Origin: Synechococcus sp. TMED19
Lineage (GTDB): Bacteria; Cyanobacteriota; Cyanobacteriia; PCC-6307; Cyanobiaceae
Length of the DNA: 43,193 nt
Direction of reading: 5' to 3'
NCBI GenBank assembly: GCA_002168155.1
Contig: NHBY01000027.1
Span: 1-43,193, forward strand
Both the position numbers and the translations under genes were made by a program. Positions 30,402 to 40,503 of this stretch are shown here, piece by piece. The notes beneath the pieces are model-generated. The model made no database searches, had not been told where the DNA came from, and saw nothing but the letters and a program-made list of their open reading frames with translations. Each line of letters begins with the position of its first letter. Position 1 is the first letter of the stretch.

Positions 30402-31079
30402 TTAGCTGCGAAACAAACGGCTGTAGAGCTCAGCGTGCTGCAGCTGAGCCAGACCTGCTCCCACCCCTGCACTAGTGAGCTGGCGGGGGTCTTGATCCTG
30501 CAGCTGGCGGGCCTGCAAATCGATCAGCGGGGCAAGGGCCAGCTGCAACCGCTGGCCTTCCGTCGGCCCAAGCGGAACAAGGCGTACCGCCGCGCTGAGC
30601 TGGTTAGCGGCCCAACTAAAGAGATAGCCCTTGCAGAGCGACTCACCGTGCAGCTCCAGGCAAAGACCAGCCCAGCTCCAGGCTGCAGGCCAGCTCAGAT
30701 CCACAGCTCCACCTGGAAGCGACCAGCCCAAGCCCGTCAGCAGTTGCATCAGCGAACGCCCCATCTGGCGTTGTTGCTGCCGCATCTCGAGGGCCTCACG
30801 CTGGGCCAGCAGCCAGTCATCAAGCTCGCGCACTCGTTCCTCTGCCGGGCCACAAGGGTCATCCCGCCAGCGCTGTAGATCCTCTTTCAGGGGGGTCAAC
30901 GCTGCAGCCTCCACCCGCACCAGGCCTCGCTGCAGTTCTGCTTCCAGCCAAGCCTGAACATCAACAGCAGCAGCAAGGCGGCCCTGCTGAACCAGCACCT
31001 CAAGCCCCTCTGAGTAGCTGAATGCCCCCACCGGCAGAGCCGGGCTAACCAACTGCAGCAGGGCCAGCAGTGAACTCAT
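30402..31079 (-). CDS. ureF: urease accessory protein UreF
   Basis: LLALLQLVSPALPVGAFSYSEGLE is the UreF N-terminal signature. Position between ureE and ureG, and its start overlaps the ureE stop by 4 nt. Confidence 0.9.
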   Translation of the reverse strand: MSSLLALLQLVSPALPVGAFSYSEGLEVLVQQGRLAAAVDVQAWLEAELQRGLVRVEAAALTPLKEDLQRWRDDPCGPAEERVRELDDWLLAQREALEMRQQQRQMGRSLMQLLTGLGWSLPGGAVDLSWPAAWSWAGLCLELHGESLCKGYLFSWAANQLSAAVRLVPLGPTEGQRLQLALAPLIDLQARQLQDQDPRQLTSAGVGAGLAQLQHAELYSRLFRS

Positions 31080-31546
31080 GCGTGTTGATGACCGTGACCG
31101 CTATAAGCACCAGCCTCCGGTTGAAACGGCGCCAGTAGTGGATGCACCGTCAACCCCCGCTGGCGCAGCATGGCCTCAAGCACAGAGTCGGCCAGCAGTC
31201 GCAGCTCATGGGTGTGCAGTTCCAGCGCAACGTGGCGATTGCCTAGGTGATAGGCCGCCTGCAGTAGGGCCAGAGGTTCAGCCGCTGACACCAGCAATAG
31301 CGGCTCAGCCTTGGCACTGACCACTACCTGTGGTGTTCCGTCCGCATCAGCCAGCACATCACCCGGTTTGAGGTCGCCTTCACGAGGCAGCTGCAGCAAA
31401 ACAGCCACTCCCCCTTCGGCCTCGCGGCGGCCACGGCTAATGCGCCGCTCCGCTGCGGTTAGAGGCAACGCCGGCAAGGGAGCTGCTGGCACTACCAGCA
31501 AGCGCTGACTCAAAACAATCACGGCATCTGTTGAAGCCACCAGCAC
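31076..31546 (-). CDS. ureE: urease accessory metallochaperone UreE
   Basis: AAYHLGNRHVALEL, and a His-rich C-terminus SGHGHQHA. GTG start. Confidence 0.88.
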   Translation of the reverse strand: MLVASTDAVIVLSQRLLVVPAAPLPALPLTAAERRISRGRREAEGGVAVLLQLPREGDLKPGDVLADADGTPQVVVSAKAEPLLLVSAAEPLALLQAAYHLGNRHVALELHTHELRLLADSVLEAMLRQRGLTVHPLLAPFQPEAGAYSGHGHQHA

Positions 31547-31588
31547 TCGCAGACCGATTCACCATCGCGGCGTCACGGGTCAATTCTG

Positions 31589-31602
31589 GTAGTTGTTGAT
31601 AC
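31589..31602. promoter_or_regulatory. NtcA binding site (GTAN8TAC) in the divergent ureE/ureD intergenic region
   Basis: Perfect box GTAGTTGTTGATAC, centred in the 90-nt gap between ureE (start 31546) and ureD (start 31637). I found no clean TAN3T hexamer at canonical spacing on either side. Confidence 0.6.
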
Positions 31603-31636
31603 CAAGCTGAGGACCCAGCCCCGAAACGATCGGTGC

Positions 31637-32569
31637 ATGGATGCAATTCCAATGGCTGGAGCAACCTGGCACGGTTCCGCAACGCTGCGCTTTCAGGCAG
31701 ACCAAGCAGGAGCAACCCGCCTGCAGGGAGGCGCCACCGCCCCTCTCAAGCTGCTGCGTCACTACGCCGCCGCCGATGGACGCTGCGATGTCCCACTGCT
31801 GCATACCGCCGGTGGCCTGGTGGGCGGCGATGCGCTTTCCATCGACCTGCAGCTTGAGGCAGGAAGCCGCGCGCTGATCAGCAGCGTGGCCGCCCAGAAG
31901 ATCTATGGCAGTCGCCACCGCTCGCGTGTGCAACCGGAGGGCCGCTGGGGGACGATCACGGTTGAAACGCAGCTGGCTGAGGGTGCAGAGCTCGAGTGGC
32001 TGCCGCAGGAAACCGTGCTCTTCTCAGGAGCACTGCTTGATGTGCGCCACAACGTTGAACTGGTGGAAGGCGCCAGTTGGTTAGGGATGGATGTGGTGCG
32101 TCTGGGCCGCACTGCCCGAGGAGAAAGCTTGGAGGACGGCTGCTGGCGCAGCCGCCTCAACGTGCGCCGCAATGGCCGCTGGCTGCTGGTGGACCAGCTG
32201 GAGCTGGGGGGAGAGAGCCTGAGCAGCAGCCATGGCCTCGATGGCGAGCCCGTGCTGGGCAGCCTGGTGTGGGCAGCACCGGCGAGTCTGCAAAAGCAAG
32301 CTCTAGAAGCCTTGCTGCAAGGCGCCCAGGCTGATCGCAGCGGCCTTGAGGGATGCATGGCGATTGGCCCCCTCGACCCTGGACTGATCGCGCGCTACCG
32401 GGGCCCGTCTACCCAGGCGGCACGCTTCTGGTTCTTCCGCATCTGGTGCCGCATCCGGTCACTGCAGAACCTCAGCACGCCCCAGTGGCCGCGCTACTGG
32501 CCCTTCCAAGAGCGCGAACTCGCCCTCAGCCCAGCGCCTGCAACAGCAACCACCACAGCGGAACGCTGA
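31637..32569 (+). CDS. ureD: urease accessory protein UreD
   Basis: 310 aa: W.G...L.F.......T.L.....APLK..R, LLHTAGGLVGGD, and QKIYGS. Position divergent from ureEFG. Confidence 0.85.
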   Translation: MDAIPMAGATWHGSATLRFQADQAGATRLQGGATAPLKLLRHYAAADGRCDVPLLHTAGGLVGGDALSIDLQLEAGSRALISSVAAQKIYGSRHRSRVQPEGRWGTITVETQLAEGAELEWLPQETVLFSGALLDVRHNVELVEGASWLGMDVVRLGRTARGESLEDGCWRSRLNVRRNGRWLLVDQLELGGESLSSSHGLDGEPVLGSLVWAAPASLQKQALEALLQGAQADRSGLEGCMAIGPLDPGLIARYRGPSTQAARFWFFRIWCRIRSLQNLSTPQWPRYWPFQERELALSPAPATATTTAER

Positions 32570-33419
32570 ACAGGGCTACCACCGTGCTGGCAAACACCAA
32601 AGCCGCCGCCTCGCTGACATCGGTTACCGAGGCCTCAGCAATCAGCAGCACAGAGATCGCAGTGGGGGTACTGGCCTGCAACACCAGCACATCACGCACA
32701 GCAGCAGGTTGGCCCGTCAGCGATGCCAGAACAACCATCAGTGCTGGCAAAGCCAGCAGCTTCACCAGGAGCGCAGGTCGCAGGGCCCGCAATGCTTCGG
32801 CATGCACCTCACCGCTCCGCAGCATCACTCCAAGTCGCATGCCAAGCAGAGTGAGTGCCACCAGGATCACCAAACGCGCTGGCCACCAGAGCACCTGGGC
32901 CATCGCAGAGGACCAAGGGGTGAGCTGCAACAGCAGAGCAAGAGCCATGCCATGTAGCGCAGGGCTACCCAGCAGGTGACCGGCAACGCTCAAGGCGGAC
33001 GGGCGCTGTCCGCTCACCAGCGGCGGGCCCACGGTCCAGGTCACCAGGGTGCCGATGATGTCGTAGGTGACGGCCAGCGCCAGGCTGGCCGGTGGCAGCA
33101 ACGCCAGAACCACTGGCACACCGAAATAAGCGGTATTCCCTGTGACGGCACCGAGCCGCATCGCCCCCAGGGGCCACCAGCGGCGCAAGGAGGGCCACTG
33201 CAACAGCAACAGGCCGAAAAGAATCAGGACCAGGCTGAGACCCGCTGCGTCAGCCAGTTCCAATCCAACCCCAGAGCGCAGAAGCAGGCCAGCCACGCTG
33301 AGCGGCACGCCAAAACGCACTAGTGGAGGGGCGAACCAGGCCGGCAGAGCGGGGTGACGCCAGCCCAGCAAGAGACCCACTCCGAGGCAAGGCAGCAGTT
33401 CAAGCAGCAGTTGGAGCAC
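32526..33419 (-). CDS. AEC (auxin efflux carrier) family transporter
   Basis: 297-aa polytopic membrane protein. The motif [15 protein letters not shown] resembles the AEC signature GNT.F.G.P. GTG start. The 3' end overlaps the ureD 3' end by 44 nt. Confidence 0.7.
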   Translation of the reverse strand: MLQLLLELLPCLGVGLLLGWRHPALPAWFAPPLVRFGVPLSVAGLLLRSGVGLELADAAGLSLVLILFGLLLLQWPSLRRWWPLGAMRLGAVTGNTAYFGVPVVLALLPPASLALAVTYDIIGTLVTWTVGPPLVSGQRPSALSVAGHLLGSPALHGMALALLLQLTPWSSAMAQVLWWPARLVILVALTLLGMRLGVMLRSGEVHAEALRALRPALLVKLLALPALMVVLASLTGQPAAVRDVLVLQASTPTAISVLLIAEASVTDVSEAAALVFASTVVALFSVPLWWLLLQALG

Positions 33420-33498
33420 TGACTCCAGTCAAAAAGTTCATAGCGAACGTTCCTTGTCCGCTCTTCCCTGCCAGCGTGTCAGAAGCAGCTTCCCTGTG

Positions 33499-33801
33499 AT
33501 GCACCTCTCCCCCCAGGAGAAGGACAAGCTGTTGGTAGTCACAGCAGCTTTGCTGGCCGAGCGGCGCCTGCAGCGCGGGCTCAAGCTCAATCACCCCGAA
33601 GCCGTCGCCTTCTTGAGCCTCCAGATTCTTGAGGGAGCCCGCGATGGCAAAACCGTGGCCGAGCTGATGCAAGACGGCAGCAATTGGCTCAGGCGCGATC
33701 AGGTGATGGAGGGAGTCCCGGAACTGGTGAGCGAGGTGCAGATGGAGGCCACCTTCCCGGACGGCACCAAGCTCGTCACCCTGCACCAACCGATCCGCTG
33801 A
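33499..33801 (+). CDS. ureA: urease subunit gamma
   Basis: [37 protein letters not shown]..., 100 aa from the ATG at 33499. The track ORF starts at 33454. Confidence 0.95.
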   Translation: MHLSPQEKDKLLVVTAALLAERRLQRGLKLNHPEAVAFLSLQILEGARDGKTVAELMQDGSNWLRRDQVMEGVPELVSEVQMEATFPDGTKLVTLHQPIR

Positions 33802-33804
33802 ACC

Positions 33805-34118
33805 ATGGCCCCGCTCATCCCAGGCGAACTGCTCCCGGAACCCGGCGAGATCGAACTCAACAGCGGCAGACCTGTCACGACCGTGACAGTGGCCAACAGC
33901 GGGGACCGTCCCGTGCAGGTGGGGTCCCACTTCCACTTCGCCGAAGCCAACGCCGCCTTGCAATTCGACCGCACAGCCGCACGCGGCCAGCGTCTCGACA
34001 TCCCCGCCGGTACGGCGATCCGCTTTGAGCCTGGCGATGAACGTCAAGTCGAGCTGGTGCCATTCGCCGGCGCCCGCCGCGTAGTGGGCTTCAACGGCCA
34101 GATCAACGGAGACCTCTA

Positions 34119-34119
<1 letters not shown>
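33805..34119 (+). CDS. ureB: urease subunit beta
   Basis: PGE......IELN.GR......[21 protein letters not shown]....[15 protein letters not shown]. Confidence 0.95.
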
Positions 34120-35828
<1,709 letters not shown>

Positions 35829-35836
35829 GACCTGCT

Positions 35837-36580
35837 ATGGCAGCTGAGCTGCTGGTGCTGCAGCACATCGATCGTGAAGGACCCGATCAGATTGCCGAGT
35901 GGGCTGCCATGCGCGGACTATCGCTACGTCTGATCCGTCCAGATCACGGGGACCCCCTACCGGATCCCGTTGCAGAAGGGCCCGCGCTAGCGGTGTTGCT
36001 CGGTGGACCCATGGGCGTCAATGACCGCCACCAATCGGAGTTCCACTGGCTGAAACAAGAACTGAACTGGCTCCAGGGCTGGATCCAACAGAAGCGGCCG
36101 GTACTTGGCATCTGTCTCGGCGCTCAGCTGCTGTGCACAGCTGCTGGCGGCACCGTGGAACCGCTCACCACCGGGACTCCACCTCAACCACTCAAAGAGG
36201 TGGGTTTTGGGGCCATCAGCTGGCAAGCCAGCAGTTCAAACGTCCCGTGGCTGGCATCTCATCCTCGACAACAAATGGTGCTCCACTGGCATGGAGACCG
36301 TTGCTGCCTACCCAAAGAGGCTCAAACCCTGGCTTCAACACTGCACTGCCACGAACAAGCCTTTCAGCTGGGATCAAATGCGGTTGGGCTTCAGTTTCAC
36401 GTTGAACTATCAATGACAAGCCTTGAACGCTGGGTCTCCGAAGATCGAGATTTCATCGAAGCAGCAGGGAGCACGCCAAACCAAATCCACGAACAGGCCG
36501 AGCAATGGGGGACGGAGCTCACAGAACAAGGCCGAAGCCTTCTTGACGGACTACTCGATCACCTCTTAAGCCAAGTGTGA
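35837..36580 (+). CDS. class I glutamine amidotransferase-like protein
   Basis: RPVLGICLGAQLL (nucleophile elbow) and LHWHGD. Begins 8 nt after the ureC stop on the same strand. Confidence 0.7.
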   Translation: MAAELLVLQHIDREGPDQIAEWAAMRGLSLRLIRPDHGDPLPDPVAEGPALAVLLGGPMGVNDRHQSEFHWLKQELNWLQGWIQQKRPVLGICLGAQLLCTAAGGTVEPLTTGTPPQPLKEVGFGAISWQASSSNVPWLASHPRQQMVLHWHGDRCCLPKEAQTLASTLHCHEQAFQLGSNAVGLQFHVELSMTSLERWVSEDRDFIEAAGSTPNQIHEQAEQWGTELTEQGRSLLDGLLDHLLSQV

Positions 36581-37060
36581 GGCTGGCTGAATCTGCTCAG
36601 GCAATCCGATGGCGCAGCGAATGTCGCCGATTCGGCTGCCAAGACGCAAAAAGTCCTCGGGAGTGAATTGCATCAGGGGCAACGTGCGCTCACCAAGGTT
36701 CACCCCACGCCAGAACTGACGCAGATCACGACGAGAGTGGCGGTAGAGCGATGGATACAAATGATGGGACCACCAGGCCAGAAGATGCTGCTGCCAACGG
36801 CGGCAACGTCGATCGTTACCCATAGAGAAGCCCACCACAAAAGCTTCATCAGCAGTGGTGTAACCGCGATTTAAAAGGATATGAAGACAGTCATGCAGAT
36901 CAAGGCAGGCTGCACCAGGGAGCGCCACAGGACTATCGGGATCTTCCAGGAGCCATAACGAAAGAGGCAGCTTGGATTCAGGGTCGAGATGACCACTGAC
37001 CTGCTCATAAACCTCAAAAAAGGATTGGCGATTGCAGTAGATCACTGCCTTGGGAATCAC
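36566..37060 (-). CDS. Coq4-family-like protein (HDxxH-x11-E metal motif)
   Basis: LHDCLHILLNRGYTTADEAFVVGF fits the Coq4 zinc motif HDxxH-x11-E, including the GY.TT..E context. GTG start. The convergent overlap with the amidotransferase gene is 15 nt. Confidence 0.5.
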   Translation of the reverse strand: MIPKAVIYCNRQSFFEVYEQVSGHLDPESKLPLSLWLLEDPDSPVALPGAACLDLHDCLHILLNRGYTTADEAFVVGFSMGNDRRCRRWQQHLLAWWSHHLYPSLYRHSRRDLRQFWRGVNLGERTLPLMQFTPEDFLRLGSRIGDIRCAIGLPEQIQPASHLA

Positions 37061-37129
37061 CCAGTTACAAATAAGTTCTCATAAGTCCCACAAAATACCT
37101 GTGACAATAAATACATCCATGAGCAATTA

Positions 37130-37143
37130 GTAGCAACGTTTAC
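37130..37143 (+). promoter_or_regulatory. NtcA-type box (GTAN8TAC) upstream of the ATP-grasp operon (candidate)
   Basis: Perfect GTAGCAACGTTTAC in the AT-rich 187-nt divergent intergenic region, 105 nt upstream of the GTG at 37248. The only hexamer at N21 is the imperfect TAGTTG. A chance occurrence is not excluded. Confidence 0.35.
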
Positions 37144-37247
37144 AAAACACCTTCATGGAGGAAGTAGTTGGTCACATATTTTGTAGCCATGGCAACTCGT
37201 GCGGGGAGGTTACAAGGAAAGAATGCGCATAGATCAGAGCGCAGCCA

Positions 37248-38687
37248 GTGTTCGAGAGTTATTCCACATTGACTGGATTCGACGAATACGTTCATCAATA
37301 TCACGAGGAACACACATCACTAGGAAGACTGATAAAAACACTGTCCTACATGGGGATAGATCGACTGAAGAGAGAACATCGCAGCGCAGAACAATTGCTC
37401 AAGAAAATGGGTGCGACATTCCGTCTCTATAACAGTGAAAATTGCCCCAGTGAGCGCATCCTGCCATTTGATCCACTGCCACGGCTCATCAACAGTAGCG
37501 ACTGGACACGATTGGAGCAGGGACTGAAGCAACGGCTAGAAGCAATTGACTGTTTCCTTGCTGACATTTATGGGTCACAGCAAATCATCCGCGATGGGAT
37601 AGTCAGCGAGGTGGATCTGTGCTCAAGCCTCGGCTGGAAACCTCAGATGCAAGGGCTGCATCCTCCGAGAAACCGTTGGTGCCACATTTCGGGCCTGGAT
37701 CTGATCCGTGATGGCCAGGGCACTTGGAGGGTATTAGAAGACAACCTGAGATGTCCGTCGGGCGTAGCGTATTTCCTTGAAAACCGTCGTGTGATGAAAC
37801 AGCTATTTGCCGAACTATTTGAAGACCAACAGGTGATGCCAGTCGATGGCTATCCATCGCAACTATTGAGAACACTGCAGGACCTGGCACCATGGAGCGA
37901 CAACCCCAATGTTGTTCTGCTCACACCAGGAGTTCACAACAGCGCGTATTTCGAGCACAGCTATCTGGCAAGGCTGATGGGTATCCAGTTAGTGGAAGGT
38001 TCTGATCTCGTCTGCAGTGATGACTGTGTCTGGCTAATGAACACAAGCGGCCTGACGAGGGTGGATGTGATCTACCGCCGGATTGATGATGACTTTCTAG
38101 ATCCCGACTGCTTTCGAGCTGATTCAATGTTGGGAGTCCGCGGCCTGATGAAGTGTTTCCAAGCTGGTCGCGTGGCGATTGCCAATGCCCCAGGCACCGG
38201 CGTTGCTGACGATAAGCTCATCTACACCTTCATTCCTGAAATTATTCACTATTACCTCGGCGAAGAAGCAATCATTCCAAATGTAGAGACTTACCGCTGC
38301 GGCAACCCAAGCGAGAGGGAATATGTGTTAGCCAATCTGAGTTCTCTAGTGGTGAAGTCCGTCTCCGAAGCAGGTGGCTACGGCATGCTAATTGGCCCTG
38401 CATCCAGCGAAGCAGAGCGGGAATCATTCCGCGCACAGATCCAAACTAAGCCCCGTAACTTCATTGCCCAGCCGACACTACAACTCTCCACTGTTCCTTC
38501 ACTCAGCCAAGGCGAGCTCTACCCCTGTCATGTGGACCTGCGGCCTTATGTGCTGCGTGGCAGCTCCACCTGGGTCACCCCCGGTGGCCTCACCCGCGTC
38601 GCTCTCAAGCGTGATTCCCTGGTGGTGAACTCCTCCCAGGGTGGCGGCAGCAAAGACACCTGGGTGGTTCCATGCTCTGCCGCGTAG
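37248..38687 (+). CDS. circularly permuted type-2 ATP-grasp protein (COG2308-like)
   Basis: 479 aa: FDP.PR.I....W..LE.GL.QR..A...FL.D.YG.Q.I..DG..., RVLEDN.R.PSGV.Y, D.IYRRIDDDFLDP, G...L......G.V.IANA.G.GVADDK..Y..P, and the C-terminal GGLTRVAL...SLVVNSSQGGGSKDTWV. These match the family as I recall it. Confidence 0.85.
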   Translation: MFESYSTLTGFDEYVHQYHEEHTSLGRLIKTLSYMGIDRLKREHRSAEQLLKKMGATFRLYNSENCPSERILPFDPLPRLINSSDWTRLEQGLKQRLEAIDCFLADIYGSQQIIRDGIVSEVDLCSSLGWKPQMQGLHPPRNRWCHISGLDLIRDGQGTWRVLEDNLRCPSGVAYFLENRRVMKQLFAELFEDQQVMPVDGYPSQLLRTLQDLAPWSDNPNVVLLTPGVHNSAYFEHSYLARLMGIQLVEGSDLVCSDDCVWLMNTSGLTRVDVIYRRIDDDFLDPDCFRADSMLGVRGLMKCFQAGRVAIANAPGTGVADDKLIYTFIPEIIHYYLGEEAIIPNVETYRCGNPSEREYVLANLSSLVVKSVSEAGGYGMLIGPASSEAERESFRAQIQTKPRNFIAQPTLQLSTVPSLSQGELYPCHVDLRPYVLRGSSTWVTPGGLTRVALKRDSLVVNSSQGGGSKDTWVVPCSAA

Positions 38688-39619
38688 CCGACAGTCTCTA
38701 CTGGATTGCCCGTTACATCGAGCGGGCAGAAAATCTAGTTCGCTTCCTTAAGGTGGGGTGGGCTGTTTCACTAGATACTGAACATTCGAGCATCTCCCAG
38801 TGGCTCTCATTGGTGGATAGCTGCGCAGACCGTGAGCTTTTTGAGCAACTGGATACCTCGTCAAGTCCAGCATCAGTAATTAAGTTCATTACACGTGAGC
38901 CTGACAACCCCAATTCGATCATTAATTGCATTGCTGCGGCCCGAGAGAACGCACGGCAAATCCGTGAGGTCATTCCCAGTGAAGTATTTGAGGAGATCAA
39001 CGAGCTGCATCTGCTACTGCAAGAGGAACCAGAGTTTTGGCAGCTTCCACTGACCGAGCAACTCGATGAAATCCGCAGACGCTGCCTTGTCATCAGAGGC
39101 GTCGAAGAGGCGACAATGCAGCGCGATGAAAGCTGGTGCTTCACTCGGATGGGGCGAATGCTGGAGCGAGCTGATAAGACTGCGCGGATGCTGGATGTGA
39201 AATACTTCCTACTACTGCCAAAGCCCGAAGATGTGGGAGGACCATTAGATGAATTGCAATGGATCGCGCTGCTGCGTTCAGTCAGCGCTTACCAGATGTA
39301 CCGCCAATACCACGCCGAAATTTCACCCTCAAAAGTTTCCTCATTCCTATTAATAGAGCCCTTGTTCCCGCGCTCTGTGCATTACTGCCTGCTTCAGATG
39401 ATCACCAGTATTGAGACCATTGAAACTGATGATTCCTCTCGGGCAAACTCAACACTTCTGGCCGCCCTAAAGATACTTCATGAGCAATGGTCAAGCACAA
39501 ACATCACAAACCTGATCAGTAGTGGCTTACATGAAGGAATTGATGAATTGCAGCAACAACTCGACACCATTCACAACCTGACTGAGGCGCGCTATTTCAC
39601 GCCGAGCCCATGCACGTAA
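38672..39619 (+). CDS. alpha-E domain protein (DUF403/COG2307-like)
   Basis: MLCRVADSLYWIARYIERAEN is the signature N-terminus of alpha-E proteins, and ERADKTARMLDVKY is also present. Overlaps the ATP-grasp gene by 16 nt. Confidence 0.85.
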   Translation: MLCRVADSLYWIARYIERAENLVRFLKVGWAVSLDTEHSSISQWLSLVDSCADRELFEQLDTSSSPASVIKFITREPDNPNSIINCIAAARENARQIREVIPSEVFEEINELHLLLQEEPEFWQLPLTEQLDEIRRRCLVIRGVEEATMQRDESWCFTRMGRMLERADKTARMLDVKYFLLLPKPEDVGGPLDELQWIALLRSVSAYQMYRQYHAEISPSKVSSFLLIEPLFPRSVHYCLLQMITSIETIETDDSSRANSTLLAALKILHEQWSSTNITNLISSGLHEGIDELQQQLDTIHNLTEARYFTPSPCT

Positions 39620-40500
39620 AGCTCCGTCACCAGCTCAACTACACCTACGACCATCCCGTACAGCTGGGGGGCCATCGCATCTGTCTGATGCCACGCCCAC
39701 TGGGATTCCAGGTGCTGATGAAGCACAGCCTGCGTTTCAAGCCCGAACCGTCTCAGGAGTTTGGACTGATCTCAGCTGGTGGTGATCAGATCCAAAAAAT
39801 TCAGTTCATTGGTCATACCGACAGCCTCGAGGTCGTGGCTGAATCAGAAGTAATGACCACCGAACCCCCACCACTTATTTTATGCCTTGATACGCAACCA
39901 CTGCAGCTGCCTTACCCGACAGGGCATCTCAATGGTGATCTGCATAGTTATCTACAAGGGTGGCTACCGAACGGCCAGCATGACCCGCTAGCGATTGCCC
40001 TAGCACAGGAAGCACTTGTAGGCAGCGACCAGCAATGCCTGCGATTTTTGCATCAATTAATTGCACTTATTCAGGAGCGAGTGAATTACACCCAGCGCAA
40101 CCACGGACCAGCCTGGCCAGCGGGTCGCACCCTGATGGAGCGGGTTGGATCATGCCGTGATCTAGCTGTTGTGATGATCGAATGCAGCAGGGCGATCGGC
40201 TTACCGGCACGCTTTGTCAGCGGCTACCACCTGCAGTTGCCGCAACCAACTCACTATGACCTCCACGCCTGGGCAGAGGTCTATCTCCCCGGGGCTGGCT
40301 GGCGCGGCTTTGACCCCAGCGGTCAGGGGGCCGTTGATGAGCGCTACATACCGCTGGTGAGTTCCTCGAAGCCAGATCTGACTGCAGCGGTGAGCGGCAG
40401 TTTCACCGGTCCACCGGGGACGACTAGCACCCTGCAGTGGCAAATCCAAGCTTGGGATGTCAGTGCGAGCACACCTTCACAGCTACACGCAACCTCGTGA
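39610..40500 (+). CDS. transglutaminase family protein (N-terminal Bact_transglu_N-like plus Cys-His-Asp core)
   Basis: M.V.L.H...Y.Y...V at the N-terminus. Catalytic core GSCRDLAVVMIECSRAIGLPARFVSGY ... HAWAEVYLPGAGWRGFDPS. Overlaps the alpha-E gene by 10 nt. Confidence 0.85.
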   Translation: MHVKLRHQLNYTYDHPVQLGGHRICLMPRPLGFQVLMKHSLRFKPEPSQEFGLISAGGDQIQKIQFIGHTDSLEVVAESEVMTTEPPPLILCLDTQPLQLPYPTGHLNGDLHSYLQGWLPNGQHDPLAIALAQEALVGSDQQCLRFLHQLIALIQERVNYTQRNHGPAWPAGRTLMERVGSCRDLAVVMIECSRAIGLPARFVSGYHLQLPQPTHYDLHAWAEVYLPGAGWRGFDPSGQGAVDERYIPLVSSSKPDLTAAVSGSFTGPPGTTSTLQWQIQAWDVSASTPSQLHATS

Positions 40501-40503
40501 GAG

